From Waddliaceae bacterium (GTDB taxonomy: Bacteria > Chlamydiota > Chlamydiia > Chlamydiales > SLFE01), in contig CAWAPJ010000001.1 in NCBI GenBank assembly GCA_963783885.1, forward strand, positions 96,001-160,000: DNA of 64,000 nt. The letters are read 5' to 3'. Shown here in pieces: positions 42,341-52,241 of this stretch. A program made the translations under genes and the position numbers. Each line of letters begins with the position of its first letter. The stretch's first letter is position 1. Below the pieces are notes generated by a model that saw only the letters and a program-made list of their open reading frames with translations, made no database searches and was not told the DNA's origin.

Positions 42341-42427
42341 TTATTTGATTCCTCTTTGTTTCTCTCCATTTATTCAGTCATTTAAGAGGCATTATGACCT
42401 AGCATTATGGAGAAAACCCACTTATTT

Positions 42428-42970
42428 TTATACGTCGTCATCGACTCTTTCTACTTGTGTAAATTCGAGATCGTCTACTCGTGTATCCCTCCCGAAAATC
42501 GAAACCATGACACTCAGTTTTCCCTTATCATGGAAAACTTCAATGACGGTTCCCACAAAATTGTAAAAGACCCCTTCAACAATTTTTACTGTATCTCCAA
42601 CCTCAAAGGGATGCTTTTGTGTTACCGTATCTTTCTTTTCATGAAGGTCTTTCAATATCTCTTCAACTTCGGCATCGGTCAATGACGTGGGCGACGAGCC
42701 CCCTAAAAATGCGACGACACCATTTGTCATCTTGACATACTGGTGCGACTCATCATTGAGTTCCATTTTAATTAATAGATAACCGGGCCAAAGCTTTTTT
42801 TCGACAACTCGCTGTTCACCCTGCTTAACTTCGGAAACATTTTCCGTCGGAAGCATCACTTCTTCTATGTAACTCTGCACGTTCCTGATAGCAGCCTGCT
42901 CTTCAATAGCGCGCTTCACTTTTTTTTCCTGCCCGGACAGCACCTGTAAAACGTACCAATTCACCGTCAT
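42428..42970 (-). CDS. nusG: Transcription factor NusG
   Basis: WYVLQVLSGQEKKV, PGY, KOW motif, VSIFGRDT. Confidence 0.97.
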   Translation of the reverse strand: MTVNWYVLQVLSGQEKKVKRAIEEQAAIRNVQSYIEEVMLPTENVSEVKQGEQRVVEKKLWPGYLLIKMELNDESHQYVKMTNGVVAFLGGSSPTSLTDAEVEEILKDLHEKKDTVTQKHPFEVGDTVKIVEGVFYNFVGTVIEVFHDKGKLSVMVSIFGRDTRVDDLEFTQVERVDDDV

Positions 42971-42976
42971 TTCTCC

Positions 42977-43249
42977 CTACCCCGCAATCCAATGGACTAT
43001 GTTGCTAAGCCCCATTAACACGCCGCGTATAAATAAATCGATCCCATATATCATAATGCCCAGGGAGAATGTTGCTCCTACCACTATTTTTGTGTAGGTC
43101 CGCAATTCCTCTTTACTCGTCCAGGTAATACGCTGAATCTCATTTTTGACTTCGCCAAAAAAACCGGCAGCTTTATGTAGCGATCCTTTATCGGACCCTT
43201 TGGCATCCTGCCTTGACGATTGTCTTTTTTTTGCATCCATTAGATTCAT
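42977..43249 (-). CDS. secE: Preprotein translocase SecE
   Basis: EVKNEIQRITWTSKEEL plus TM; upstream of nusG. Confidence 0.93.
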   Translation of the reverse strand: MNLMDAKKRQSSRQDAKGSDKGSLHKAAGFFGEVKNEIQRITWTSKEELRTYTKIVVGATFSLGIMIYGIDLFIRGVLMGLSNIVHWIAG

Positions 43250-43272
43250 ATGTTCCCGTACAATATTTGTTG

Positions 43273-43345
43273 CGAGTGCGGAGGGGCTCGAACCCCCGAC
43301 CTGCGGCTTTGGAGACCGCTGCTCTACCAGCTGAGCTACACACCC
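43273..43345 (-). tRNA. tRNA-Trp(CCA)
   Basis: GGGTGTGTAGCTCAG...gcggt-CTCCAAA-gccgc...GGTTCGAGCCC. Confidence 0.96.
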
Positions 43346-43387
43346 TTATAAAACCCGGAAAGAGATCAAACTTTCCGGGCCGATTCT

Positions 43388-44572
43388 TTATTCAATAATT
43401 TCGGATACAGTTCCTGCACCGATTGTTCGGCCGCCTTCGCGGATAGCAAATCTTTGACCAACTTCGAGCGCTACAGGAGCAATGAGGCTGGCTGTAATTT
43501 CAACGTTGTCGCCAGGCATGACCATTTCTGTACCTGCAGGAAGATCTACAGTCCCGGTTACGTCCGTCGTTCTAATGTAGAATTGAGGACGGTATCCTTG
43601 GAAAAAGGGCTTATGCCTTCCGCCTTCTTCCTTCGTAAGGACATACACAGGACCTTTAAACTTTGTGTGAGGTGTGCATGAGCCGGGAGCGGCAAGAACC
43701 ATTCCTCGCTCTACATCATTCTTTTCAACACCTCTTAGAAGAACGCCCACATTTTCACCGGGCTGCACTTCGTCGAGAGTCTTATTGAACATCTCGAGAC
43801 CTGTCGCCACTGTGTCGCGCGTATCTTTAAGGCCGACAATCTGCAGTTTGTCATTCAGTTTAAGAACCCCCCTTTCCACACGGCCGGTCACAACAGTTCC
43901 ACGGCCCGGAATTGAGAAAACGTCCTCGATAGGCATCAGGAACGGCTTGTCAAAATCCCTCTGAGGTTCAGGAATGGTTTCGTCGACGCTCTTCATCAGC
44001 TCGATAATCTTGCTTTCAGATTCCTCGTCGCCTTCAAGCGCTTTCAGTGCAGAGCCCCGGATAATCGGAACATCCTTGTATCCTTTCGCTTCCAAAATTT
44101 CATGAAGCTCCAGTTCAACCAGATCGAGAAGCTCTTGATCTTCCGCGCCCAGCATATCGCACTTGTTGAGAAATACAACAATCGAAGGAACGTTCATCTG
44201 GTGCGCCAGAAGAATGTGTTCTTTTGTCTGGGGCATGGCGCCGTCTGTCGCCGCAACAACAAGAATGGCTCCATCCATTTGGGCGGCCCCGGTAATCATG
44301 TTCTTAACATAGTCGGCGTGCCCGGGGCAGTCGACGTGTGCGTAGTGGCGGTTTTCCGTCTGATATTCAACGTGGGAAGCGTTAATGGTTATCCCCCGCT
44401 TTTGCTCCTCAGGCGCGCTGTCGATCTGCGCAAAATTCTTGGCATCTCCACCATATTTCTTAGTCAGTACTTTGCTAATCGCGGCAGTCAGGGTTGTTTT
44501 ACCATGGTCAACGTGGCCGATGGTACCAATATTTAAATGTGGCTTCTCCCGCTTAAATGCTTGTTTAGCCAT
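43388..44572 (-). CDS. tuf: Elongation factor Tu
   Basis: [21 protein letters not shown]. Confidence 0.99.
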   Translation of the reverse strand: MAKQAFKREKPHLNIGTIGHVDHGKTTLTAAISKVLTKKYGGDAKNFAQIDSAPEEQKRGITINASHVEYQTENRHYAHVDCPGHADYVKNMITGAAQMDGAILVVAATDGAMPQTKEHILLAHQMNVPSIVVFLNKCDMLGAEDQELLDLVELELHEILEAKGYKDVPIIRGSALKALEGDEESESKIIELMKSVDETIPEPQRDFDKPFLMPIEDVFSIPGRGTVVTGRVERGVLKLNDKLQIVGLKDTRDTVATGLEMFNKTLDEVQPGENVGVLLRGVEKNDVERGMVLAAPGSCTPHTKFKGPVYVLTKEEGGRHKPFFQGYRPQFYIRTTDVTGTVDLPAGTEMVMPGDNVEITASLIAPVALEVGQRFAIREGGRTIGAGTVSEIIE

Positions 44573-44621
44573 TTGTATTTTCCTCCGTAGACAACTTCTT
44601 GTTTTACTTGTTAAATTTCGT

Positions 44622-44693
44622 TGCCCAGAAGAGGAATTGAACCTCCGACCGCTTGCTTACCATGCAAGTGCTCTACCTCTGAGCTATCTGGGC
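44622..44693 (-). tRNA. tRNA-Thr(GGT)
   Basis: GCCCAGATAGCTCAG...cttgc-ATGGTAA-gcaag...GGTTCAATTCC. Confidence 0.96.
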
Positions 44694-44837
44694 TAATCTT
44701 CAGTTTCTTTTATCTGCAGTCTTCAGCTTTTGCACTAATGCAAGAGTTGGTTGAATTGCACCGTAATCGAAAGCTTATAAGTTTAGTGCCTTCTGCAAAT
44801 AAAATCAATAGGATCGAAAAGATTTTCTTATCCGGTC

Positions 44838-45056
44838 CTATTTTTGCCTATAAACGATCCTGGCCTTCGTCAAATCGTAAGGCGATAATTCGCATGTCAC
44901 CACGTCTCCTACGAGGACGCGGATATTCCTCATTCTCATCTTTCCGCAAAGGTGTGCATGGACTGTCATTCCATTTTCCAGTTTTACGCGGAACGTCATG
45001 TTCGGAAGCAGTTCTTCGACAGTTCCATCAACTTTGATCGTGTCTTCTTTCGCCAT
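44838..45056 (-). CDS. infA: Translation initiation factor IF-1
   Basis: MAKEDTI...FRVKLENG...GKMR...[12 protein letters not shown]. Confidence 0.98.
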   Translation of the reverse strand: MAKEDTIKVDGTVEELLPNMTFRVKLENGMTVHAHLCGKMRMRNIRVLVGDVVTCELSPYDLTKARIVYRQK

Positions 45057-45177
45057 AATCCCTTATAAAATTCGATATATACGATATGATTAAAGTATGA
45101 TTTTAACATTAAAGTCAACTAAATAGCAATATTTAGTGATAAAAATTTGATATTCATGTTAGGATTGGAAAAATCAT

Positions 45178-45597
45178 ATGTTTGAAAACTGCCTGCAGAA
45201 ACAACAAAATTTAAAAGAGATATTTGAAAAATCTCAGTCACCTGAGGAGAAATATCTGATTATCATGAATTTGGGAAAGAACCAAAAACCATTGAATCCC
45301 GAATATATGATTGAAGAATACCGTGTTCAGGGATGTCAGAGCACAATGTATCTTCTTTCCCGTTTTGAAGATGGCGCTGTTCACTTCCAGTCCTCGTCGG
45401 ACGCTTTGATATCTTCTGGGCTGGCCGAGCTTCTGATCAATGTCTACAGCGGCGAGTCTCCCGAGACTATTCTTAAATGTCCTCCCTCTTTCATTGAAGA
45501 GCTTGGCATTCCCGCAAGCCTCACCCCCAACAGGGCAAACGGCCTCTTTCACATTCATTTGCGAATGAAGCAAGATGCTTTAAAATATTTGTTATAA
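45178..45597 (+). CDS. sufE: SufE family Fe-S sulfur-transfer protein
   Basis: RVQGCQS, SDALISSGL, LTPNRANGL. Confidence 0.92.
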   Translation: MFENCLQKQQNLKEIFEKSQSPEEKYLIIMNLGKNQKPLNPEYMIEEYRVQGCQSTMYLLSRFEDGAVHFQSSSDALISSGLAELLINVYSGESPETILKCPPSFIEELGIPASLTPNRANGLFHIHLRMKQDALKYLL

Positions 45598-46845
45598 AAG
45601 ATTAACTTCGGATACATCATAGATTGAAGAAAGCATTCCTAAATGGACCAAAATTTCGATCGTCAGTGAAATAATAAAGAGGAGAATAGTCAGTATTAAA
45701 AATAGTTTATGACCGAGGAAGCCGACTGCATGCGGAAGATTCCGCCGATAGCGGCCTATCCAAACCATTAATACCGGAATAATTCCATTTAGAATTGTAT
45801 CGCCAAAACCTCCGGAAATGTCCATAGCGACAAGAAACGCTCTTTCATAATTGATGGCAAAAAACAGTGTCGGCAATGCGATAATCAATCCAAGCTTCAA
45901 TCTCCCCCATCCGGCCTTTTTTATATTAAGGCCGTCGGATAAAAAATCGAACAATCCTAAAGACATGCCGAGAAACGAGGTCACAAGAGCGAAAAAGGCG
46001 AAAAATTCGGCTATCGTCACAATCCATGTGCTGCTTGCAGATTTTTTGATAAAGTTCGTAGCTATAGCCCCCTCCTGCAGCGCCTCGGTCAGACTGTCCG
46101 GTCCGGTAGCAGGGACAATGCCGAGAACAAGCATTTGCCAGACTATGTAAATGACGAGAGTAATTGTTGTGCCGCCTATAACGCTTAGCCGGAGATATTT
46201 CACGTTCCTTTTCAGATATGGGGTCAGGCTTGGAACCATAGTCTGATAGGAAAAGGATGTTAAAATCAATGGAATGCCGATAAAAGTCGTGGACCATTGC
46301 TCATGAAGGAGGTTGGAAAACTTTATCTCTTGAGAACCTACTCCGATAATCATAAAATAAGCTCCCAGCATACCAAAAAACATGACAGAATTGACCCTTC
46401 CGACAATTTTTGCGCCAAGATCGATCAATATGCCAAAAATGAGAAAAAAGATCAGGCAGCTTACAGCGCGAGTGAGTTCGATGTCCAAATAATCGGCCGC
46501 AACCGAAGTGATATACATGCCTCCGCCGGCAGTGTAGGCAATAATTGAGGCATAGCAGATAAAAAGATAAAGAATCCAGGCGGCAACTTTTCCCGGTAAT
46601 CCCAGCATGCGGGAGGACATCGAAATCATATGCGCCCCTTCGCCAAGCCAAAGACTCACTTCTACAAGCAGCAGACCGGTCACTGTCATGGCGGCCCAAC
46701 AGCACAGCATCACAACAAGCGAAGGGAAAAAACCGCTGATACCTGTTGCTACAGGGAGGGCCAGCATGCCGCCGCCAATACTTGTGCCCGCAACAAGCAG
46801 CATTGCCGATATCAGCCTGACTTTTGGAACTTCCGTCTTTTCCAA
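45592..46845 (-). CDS. tyrP: Aromatic amino acid permease (TyrP/Mtr family)
   Basis: LVAGTSIGGGMLALP, ALVTSFLGMSLGLFDFLSDGL; about 11 TM. Confidence 0.85.
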   Translation of the reverse strand: MEKTEVPKVRLISAMLLVAGTSIGGGMLALPVATGISGFFPSLVVMLCCWAAMTVTGLLLVEVSLWLGEGAHMISMSSRMLGLPGKVAAWILYLFICYASIIAYTAGGGMYITSVAADYLDIELTRAVSCLIFFLIFGILIDLGAKIVGRVNSVMFFGMLGAYFMIIGVGSQEIKFSNLLHEQWSTTFIGIPLILTSFSYQTMVPSLTPYLKRNVKYLRLSVIGGTTITLVIYIVWQMLVLGIVPATGPDSLTEALQEGAIATNFIKKSASSTWIVTIAEFFAFFALVTSFLGMSLGLFDFLSDGLNIKKAGWGRLKLGLIIALPTLFFAINYERAFLVAMDISGGFGDTILNGIIPVLMVWIGRYRRNLPHAVGFLGHKLFLILTILLFIISLTIEILVHLGMLSSIYDVSEVNLL

Positions 46846-46859
46846 TTCAAAAATACCTT

Positions 46860-47756
46860 TTATTGCAGGGATGGACTATTGATTGCAACTCCCATGGCGT
46901 GGAGTCCGTTGTCTGCATGCAGGGTCTCGCCGCTTATGGCGGATGCCAAAGGTGAAAGGAGAAATGCGGCTACATGGCCGATTTCTTCAGCGGATAATTC
47001 TTTGGCAAGGGGAGCATTTTCCTCTGAATAAGCGATAACCTTTTCTATGAATCCGATAGCTTTGGCGGCGCGGCTGCCAAGAGGGCCTGCGGAGACGGCA
47101 TTGACGCGCATGCCCCACTTCCTTCCCGCTTCCCAAGCGAGATACCTTGTATCGCTTTCAAGAGCGGCCTTGGCGGCGTTCAAACCTCCGCCATAACCCG
47201 GTACAACCCTTTCAGCGGCAATATAGCTCAGCGTCAAGGCGGCTGCTCCTTGATTCATGAATGGACCGAAATGAGAAACAAGGCTGACAAAAGAGTATGA
47301 CGAAGCGCTGACTGCAGCTAAATACCCGCTCCTTGAAGTTTCGGTCAGCGGCTTTTGCGCTTCCGGCCCATTTGCCAAAGAATGGACGAGAATATCAATA
47401 TTTCCAAAATCCTGTTTTACCAGTGCGGCAACTTCCGAAACGGTATAATGGGCCACATTTTGATACCGTTTGTTTTCTTTTATTTCAGCAGGGACATCAC
47501 CGGGATAATCATAGGCTGCGTCTAGGGGATAGATCTTTGCGATCTCCATTTTCGAACCATCCCCAAGAATAAGGGAACCGTCGAGTTTTCCATTTTCCAG
47601 ACTTCTCAAAAAAATTTGATAGACAGGAGGCCAGGTCCCAAGAATGATCTCGGCTCCGGCTCCGGCTAATGCTTTCGCAATAGCCCATCCGAATCCCCTG
47701 TCATCGGCAACCCCGGCGATAAAAGCCTTTTTACCTTTCAGATTAATGCCAAGCAT
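46860..47756 (-). CDS. fabI: Enoyl-ACP reductase (chlamydial/plant type)
   Basis: [47 protein letters not shown]. Confidence 0.96.
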   Translation of the reverse strand: MLGINLKGKKAFIAGVADDRGFGWAIAKALAGAGAEIILGTWPPVYQIFLRSLENGKLDGSLILGDGSKMEIAKIYPLDAAYDYPGDVPAEIKENKRYQNVAHYTVSEVAALVKQDFGNIDILVHSLANGPEAQKPLTETSRSGYLAAVSASSYSFVSLVSHFGPFMNQGAAALTLSYIAAERVVPGYGGGLNAAKAALESDTRYLAWEAGRKWGMRVNAVSAGPLGSRAAKAIGFIEKVIAYSEENAPLAKELSAEEIGHVAAFLLSPLASAISGETLHADNGLHAMGVAINSPSLQ

Positions 47757-47802
47757 AGTAATTAATTATAAAATCAGAGTTTTTTTTTTGGAACTATTTT
47801 TT

Positions 47803-49989
47803 TTACCGGGTTAATTGCTCGCTAATGCTAATGTTGCCTATGGTGTGGCGCAAATCTTCGGATGCAATGCTAAGCCTTTCAATGGTTTCGTGAAATTGCC
47901 GGATCGATTCGGTTGTCGAGCTGGTGGAATGGCTGAGCTGCACCATGGACTCGTTGATCTTTTCGGCTGCTCCAGACTGCCCCTGCATCCCTTCATTCAC
48001 CGATTCGAAGCGGTAGGCCAACGCCTGAACCTGTACAATAATTTTTCCAAGCTGTTCTCCTACATCTCCGACTTTTTCCACGCCGACATTGATTTCTTTT
48101 GTAAAATCTTCAACTCCGGAAACACATGAGGAGACGGCACCCATGATCTCATTGCAAATTTTTTCTATATCATAAGTGGCAAGAGCCGTTTGGTCCGCAA
48201 GGCGCCGGATTTCACGAGCAATGACGGAAAAGTCGCGCGAAAATTTTCCGGTCTTTTCCGCCTCGATGGCTGCGTTCAAAGAAAGGAGATTCGTCTGTCT
48301 GGCGACATTTGTGATTGTAGTGATGATTTTGGTGATGTTGCCGGCTTTTTCATTCAAAGTCGCCAGTTTGTCGGCGATATTGGTTGAAGCGTCGACCATC
48401 TGCCGCATGATCTGTTCCATGGCAATGAGGCTGTCCTGCCCTTCCGAGGCCAGATTGGAGGTTTGTTCGGCAACCTGGCTGACATCATTGATTGTGATCG
48501 CAAAATCTTTGGCAGTCGTTGAAATCTCGCTTGCGGTAATCGATATTTCTCTTGTCGCTTCCCCTTGTTCGACAATCAGTTTTTCCTGCTGCTTGGAGGC
48601 GGCGGTAATTTCATTGGCAGATGAGCTTAAATTGACTCCCAATCTCTGCAGCTGCCGCACAATTTCTTCAAATGTTTGAGCCATATTATTAAAGGAGATG
48701 GACACCTGCTTCATTTCTTCATCGGCATAATCGTCAACTAAAACGCGATAGGAAAAATCGCCTTCGGCGACCTTCTGTGTGGCTTTAAACACATTGCGAT
48801 GCTGGTTGATAAGGCGTTCTAGGTGCTCGGCCATACGGTTAAACGCCATAGTCGCTTTTCCGATCTCCTCTGTGTAAACGACAGGAACCCGCACCGACAG
48901 GTCTCCCTGAGTGAATCTCCTCGTTCCATTGTCAAGGTCTCGAAAGCATTTTATCGCTTCATACACAAAATGGACCCCCAGGTAGCTTCCCAGGAAAGTG
49001 AAGAATATTCCCAAAGAAAAGATGTAGAGCATGTTGACCCACAAATCATGCTTTTTTTGTTCTAAAATTTGATCCAATTCCTCGGATATTAATCTCCATA
49101 GCTCATAACTGTTGCTCATGACAATTGATCCGTCAAGAGATGTAAAGGTTTGAGGACTTTCCAAAGAGGCTTTGGAAATATAATCCTCATCAATAGAGTG
49201 AATGAATTCTTCAACAGAAACCTGATATTGATTCATCGCGATTCTCAGGCTTTTTCTCAGATCGCTCAATCCCTTTTCTTTATCCAATTCTTTTCTGACT
49301 TTGATCAGCTCGGTGAAAGTAGCCGATGAATTCCGTTTAAGAGATGAACTGATGACCAGAAGTTCATTACTTTCGCTCCTGTCGATTTTTTTATTGGCTC
49401 GAATTGATTCGGCTACATCGACAGCGCGTCTGACCAATGCCTGAGATTCCCGAATTCTTTTCTCAATATTTTCAAGAAGCAAATAGCTTGTATTGACCGG
49501 ATTCATTGAAAGAACAGCTTTGTCGGAACTGAGCGCCATTAATTTGCTTATGTCAGCAAGCAGCTTCTGATGAACATCGTGACTGCCTCCCCCATCATCG
49601 GTCTGATTCCACAGATTGTCGATCGATTGAATCGTCATCCCTTCCTCATCAGTAACCTCATTGTCGCTTTTGAACTTGGTCATAACAGCGAGCAGCTCCC
49701 TGCTTCCCTTTTTCTTAAGAGCCTTAAGCTCTGTTTCCCGATCGTGTTGATTCAAAAGACGTTCATGTTTTGCGACAGTTTCATAAAAATCCCTTAAAGG
49801 CTCCTGAACCTCGGTATTGCTTAGCTGCACTTTGATTAAAGAAATTTGATGGAGAATTAAAAAGAGAAGATAAAACCATAAAATGAAAAAACCAATTCCT
49901 CTCACAAAGCCGGCGAAAAGGTATTTCTTGTCATAGGTAAGATTATTCGTCAGCCAAAGAAGCAGTCCTCGATTTTTCTTTCTGATCAT
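47803..49989 (-). CDS. Methyl-accepting chemotaxis protein (2 TM, 2 HAMP)
   Basis: QTNLLSLNAAIEAEK...EIRRLADQT signalling tip. Confidence 0.93.
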   Translation of the reverse strand: MIRKKNRGLLLWLTNNLTYDKKYLFAGFVRGIGFFILWFYLLFLILHQISLIKVQLSNTEVQEPLRDFYETVAKHERLLNQHDRETELKALKKKGSRELLAVMTKFKSDNEVTDEEGMTIQSIDNLWNQTDDGGGSHDVHQKLLADISKLMALSSDKAVLSMNPVNTSYLLLENIEKRIRESQALVRRAVDVAESIRANKKIDRSESNELLVISSSLKRNSSATFTELIKVRKELDKEKGLSDLRKSLRIAMNQYQVSVEEFIHSIDEDYISKASLESPQTFTSLDGSIVMSNSYELWRLISEELDQILEQKKHDLWVNMLYIFSLGIFFTFLGSYLGVHFVYEAIKCFRDLDNGTRRFTQGDLSVRVPVVYTEEIGKATMAFNRMAEHLERLINQHRNVFKATQKVAEGDFSYRVLVDDYADEEMKQVSISFNNMAQTFEEIVRQLQRLGVNLSSSANEITAASKQQEKLIVEQGEATREISITASEISTTAKDFAITINDVSQVAEQTSNLASEGQDSLIAMEQIMRQMVDASTNIADKLATLNEKAGNITKIITTITNVARQTNLLSLNAAIEAEKTGKFSRDFSVIAREIRRLADQTALATYDIEKICNEIMGAVSSCVSGVEDFTKEINVGVEKVGDVGEQLGKIIVQVQALAYRFESVNEGMQGQSGAAEKINESMVQLSHSTSSTTESIRQFHETIERLSIASEDLRHTIGNISISEQLTR

Positions 49990-52241
49990 GATCCCCTTGC
50001 CTCTATAATCTTTGATACGGCATTTTTTAAATAAATGGCGCTGTCGTTCAACTCGCTAGTTGTAATCGCGAACTGATGCATAGATTCTGCGGTTTCATGG
50101 GCTGTTTTGCTCAATTTGACGATCGCCTCATTGATTTGCTTGGAAGCGTCGTATTGAATTTTCATTCCCTCGTCGACAAGTTCGAAACGGGGAGCAAGAG
50201 CTTGAACCTGTTCGATAATCTGGCTGAGCTGCACGCCCACCTTTTCATTCTGTTCGACTCCGTTGCGAATTTCTTGTATGAAGTCATCGACACCCATCAC
50301 ACTGGCTGAAACCGCGCTCATCATCTCTTCGACAATTTTGTCAATGTCAAGCGTCGCCAGGGCTGTCTGATCGGCAAGTCCCCCGATCTCTCCAGCAATG
50401 ACAGAAAAACTTCGGCCGTCATCGCCAGCCTTATCAGCAATAATGGCAGCATTTAGAGCAAGAAGGTTTGTTTGATCGGCAACGTTTGTAATAGTCGTGA
50501 TAACAGAATTAATATTTCCGGCTTTGTCGTTCAGGACACCCAGCTTGGCGGCTATATCAGTCGAAGCTTCGACCATCTGCCGCATAATCAACTCCATCTG
50601 AGTCAAGCTCTCACGTCCCTTGCTGGCAAGACCGGCTGTCTGGTCGACAACTTTAGTCACTTCGCTGATAGTTGTGGCAAATTCCTTGGCATTGCCGGCA
50701 ATTTCTTTGGATATGCCGACAATTTCTTTAGTCGTTTTCTCCTGGTCGAAAGTTGAGGCTTCATGTTTTTTTGTCGCTACCGAAATTTCTTTTGCCGAAG
50801 TGGTAAGATTTATCCCAAGTCTGCTGACTTGGTTAATGATATTTTCGAACGAGGCGGCCATGTTATTAAATGAAACGGCTAAATTCCTAATTTCTTCATT
50901 GGCATCGTCAATCACTTTAACGCGGGTCGAGAAATCCCCGTTTGCAAGTTGTTTTGTCGCTTTGAACATATGCCGCATTTGAGTGATAAGACCCTCAAAC
51001 TTTTCAGCCATTTGGTTGAACCCTTTGCTGGCCCGCCCGATTTCGTCTTCAAACAGGACAGGTACCCGTGTGTGAAGCTCTCCCTGATTCAGCCTTTGAT
51101 ATCCCTTGTCAAGGTTCTTGACGGATTCGACAACTTTCAGGACAAAAAACCTCCCTAGAATCACGCCGATAAGTGTAATAATCACAGAACTTGCCAACAA
51201 AATATATTTACCGGGAATGATTTTTCCGAGATTGTACTCGAGGACTTTATCAAGAATTTTGTCGGAATCACGCCAAAACGCGAAGCTGGCGTTTAAGGCG
51301 TCTTGTCCTTCGTCAGAATATTTCACCTTGTCTGTTTTTCCACCCGCAACCACCTGATCGACCAGGTAAAAATAGCGTTCCATAGCGGATTCATAAGTCG
51401 AAAAACTGAACTGCAGATCCTGTTTAATCTGGCGATACTCAGAAAGCCCTTCGAGCTCCTTAATAGCCCTTTCATAAAAATCCTGGATAGCTGTAAAACT
51501 TCCTTTGAGATTGACAAACTCTGCCAGGAGCGCCTCTTTTGCCGAATTGGTGGGCTCGGATGGATAATTTTCGACGAGATTCACCGTTTGATTCAAGTTT
51601 TCCACCACTTTGGGATAATAATAGACATTGGCCTCGGTCAGAAAAAACGAAATAACGGCCAGGACACTTTCAGGATTCAAAGCTTCTTCAAGCTGCTTCA
51701 TCATAACGCTTAAATTGGCAAGAAGGCTTTTGTGCATTTGTTCGGCCTTAGCGCTCGTCATTTTAAAAGCCGAATCCTCGATGGCATCCCACTGCCGGCT
51801 AATATCGGGTATGCTGAGAGGGTCATTGTTCGCATTTAAGAAAATTTTACCTTGCGACATCATCACCTGTTCCAATTGCTTTTGTTTGGCAAGCAAATCC
51901 CTCATGTCTTGTTGAATGATCGTTTGCACTTTCCTCATCTCATTCCGAACAGATTTGTCGCCTCGATCATATTGTTTGGTCAGGGAATAATGCCTGTCGA
52001 CATTTTCATAAAGAGCGCGAAGGGGGCGCTGCAGCCTATTGCCCTCGATTTCCCCGTTCAACAAGCTGATTTGCGAATTCACTTCAACAATCAACCCGTA
52101 GATCACCAAGGCAAAGCCCAATGTCACGATAAAAATCATTGCATAGTACTTTTGATGATTTGTCAGCAGGTTTGTCATAGAGTACATAAACCCATGCCGA
52201 CTGTCGACGATATCCAATTTCTTTTCCTGCTGCTCACTCAT
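49986..52241 (-). CDS. Methyl-accepting chemotaxis protein (2 TM, 2 HAMP)
   Basis: QTNLLALNAAIIADKAG...LADQT; ATGA-coupled to its neighbours. Confidence 0.93.
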   Translation of the reverse strand: MSEQQEKKLDIVDSRHGFMYSMTNLLTNHQKYYAMIFIVTLGFALVIYGLIVEVNSQISLLNGEIEGNRLQRPLRALYENVDRHYSLTKQYDRGDKSVRNEMRKVQTIIQQDMRDLLAKQKQLEQVMMSQGKIFLNANNDPLSIPDISRQWDAIEDSAFKMTSAKAEQMHKSLLANLSVMMKQLEEALNPESVLAVISFFLTEANVYYYPKVVENLNQTVNLVENYPSEPTNSAKEALLAEFVNLKGSFTAIQDFYERAIKELEGLSEYRQIKQDLQFSFSTYESAMERYFYLVDQVVAGGKTDKVKYSDEGQDALNASFAFWRDSDKILDKVLEYNLGKIIPGKYILLASSVIITLIGVILGRFFVLKVVESVKNLDKGYQRLNQGELHTRVPVLFEDEIGRASKGFNQMAEKFEGLITQMRHMFKATKQLANGDFSTRVKVIDDANEEIRNLAVSFNNMAASFENIINQVSRLGINLTTSAKEISVATKKHEASTFDQEKTTKEIVGISKEIAGNAKEFATTISEVTKVVDQTAGLASKGRESLTQMELIMRQMVEASTDIAAKLGVLNDKAGNINSVITTITNVADQTNLLALNAAIIADKAGDDGRSFSVIAGEIGGLADQTALATLDIDKIVEEMMSAVSASVMGVDDFIQEIRNGVEQNEKVGVQLSQIIEQVQALAPRFELVDEGMKIQYDASKQINEAIVKLSKTAHETAESMHQFAITTSELNDSAIYLKNAVSKIIEARGS

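Noticed and set aside
31871-44572. Many antisense or overlapping ORFs within rpoBC, ribosomal protein genes and tuf
   Set aside because: Shadow ORFs of conserved genes with no independent motifs
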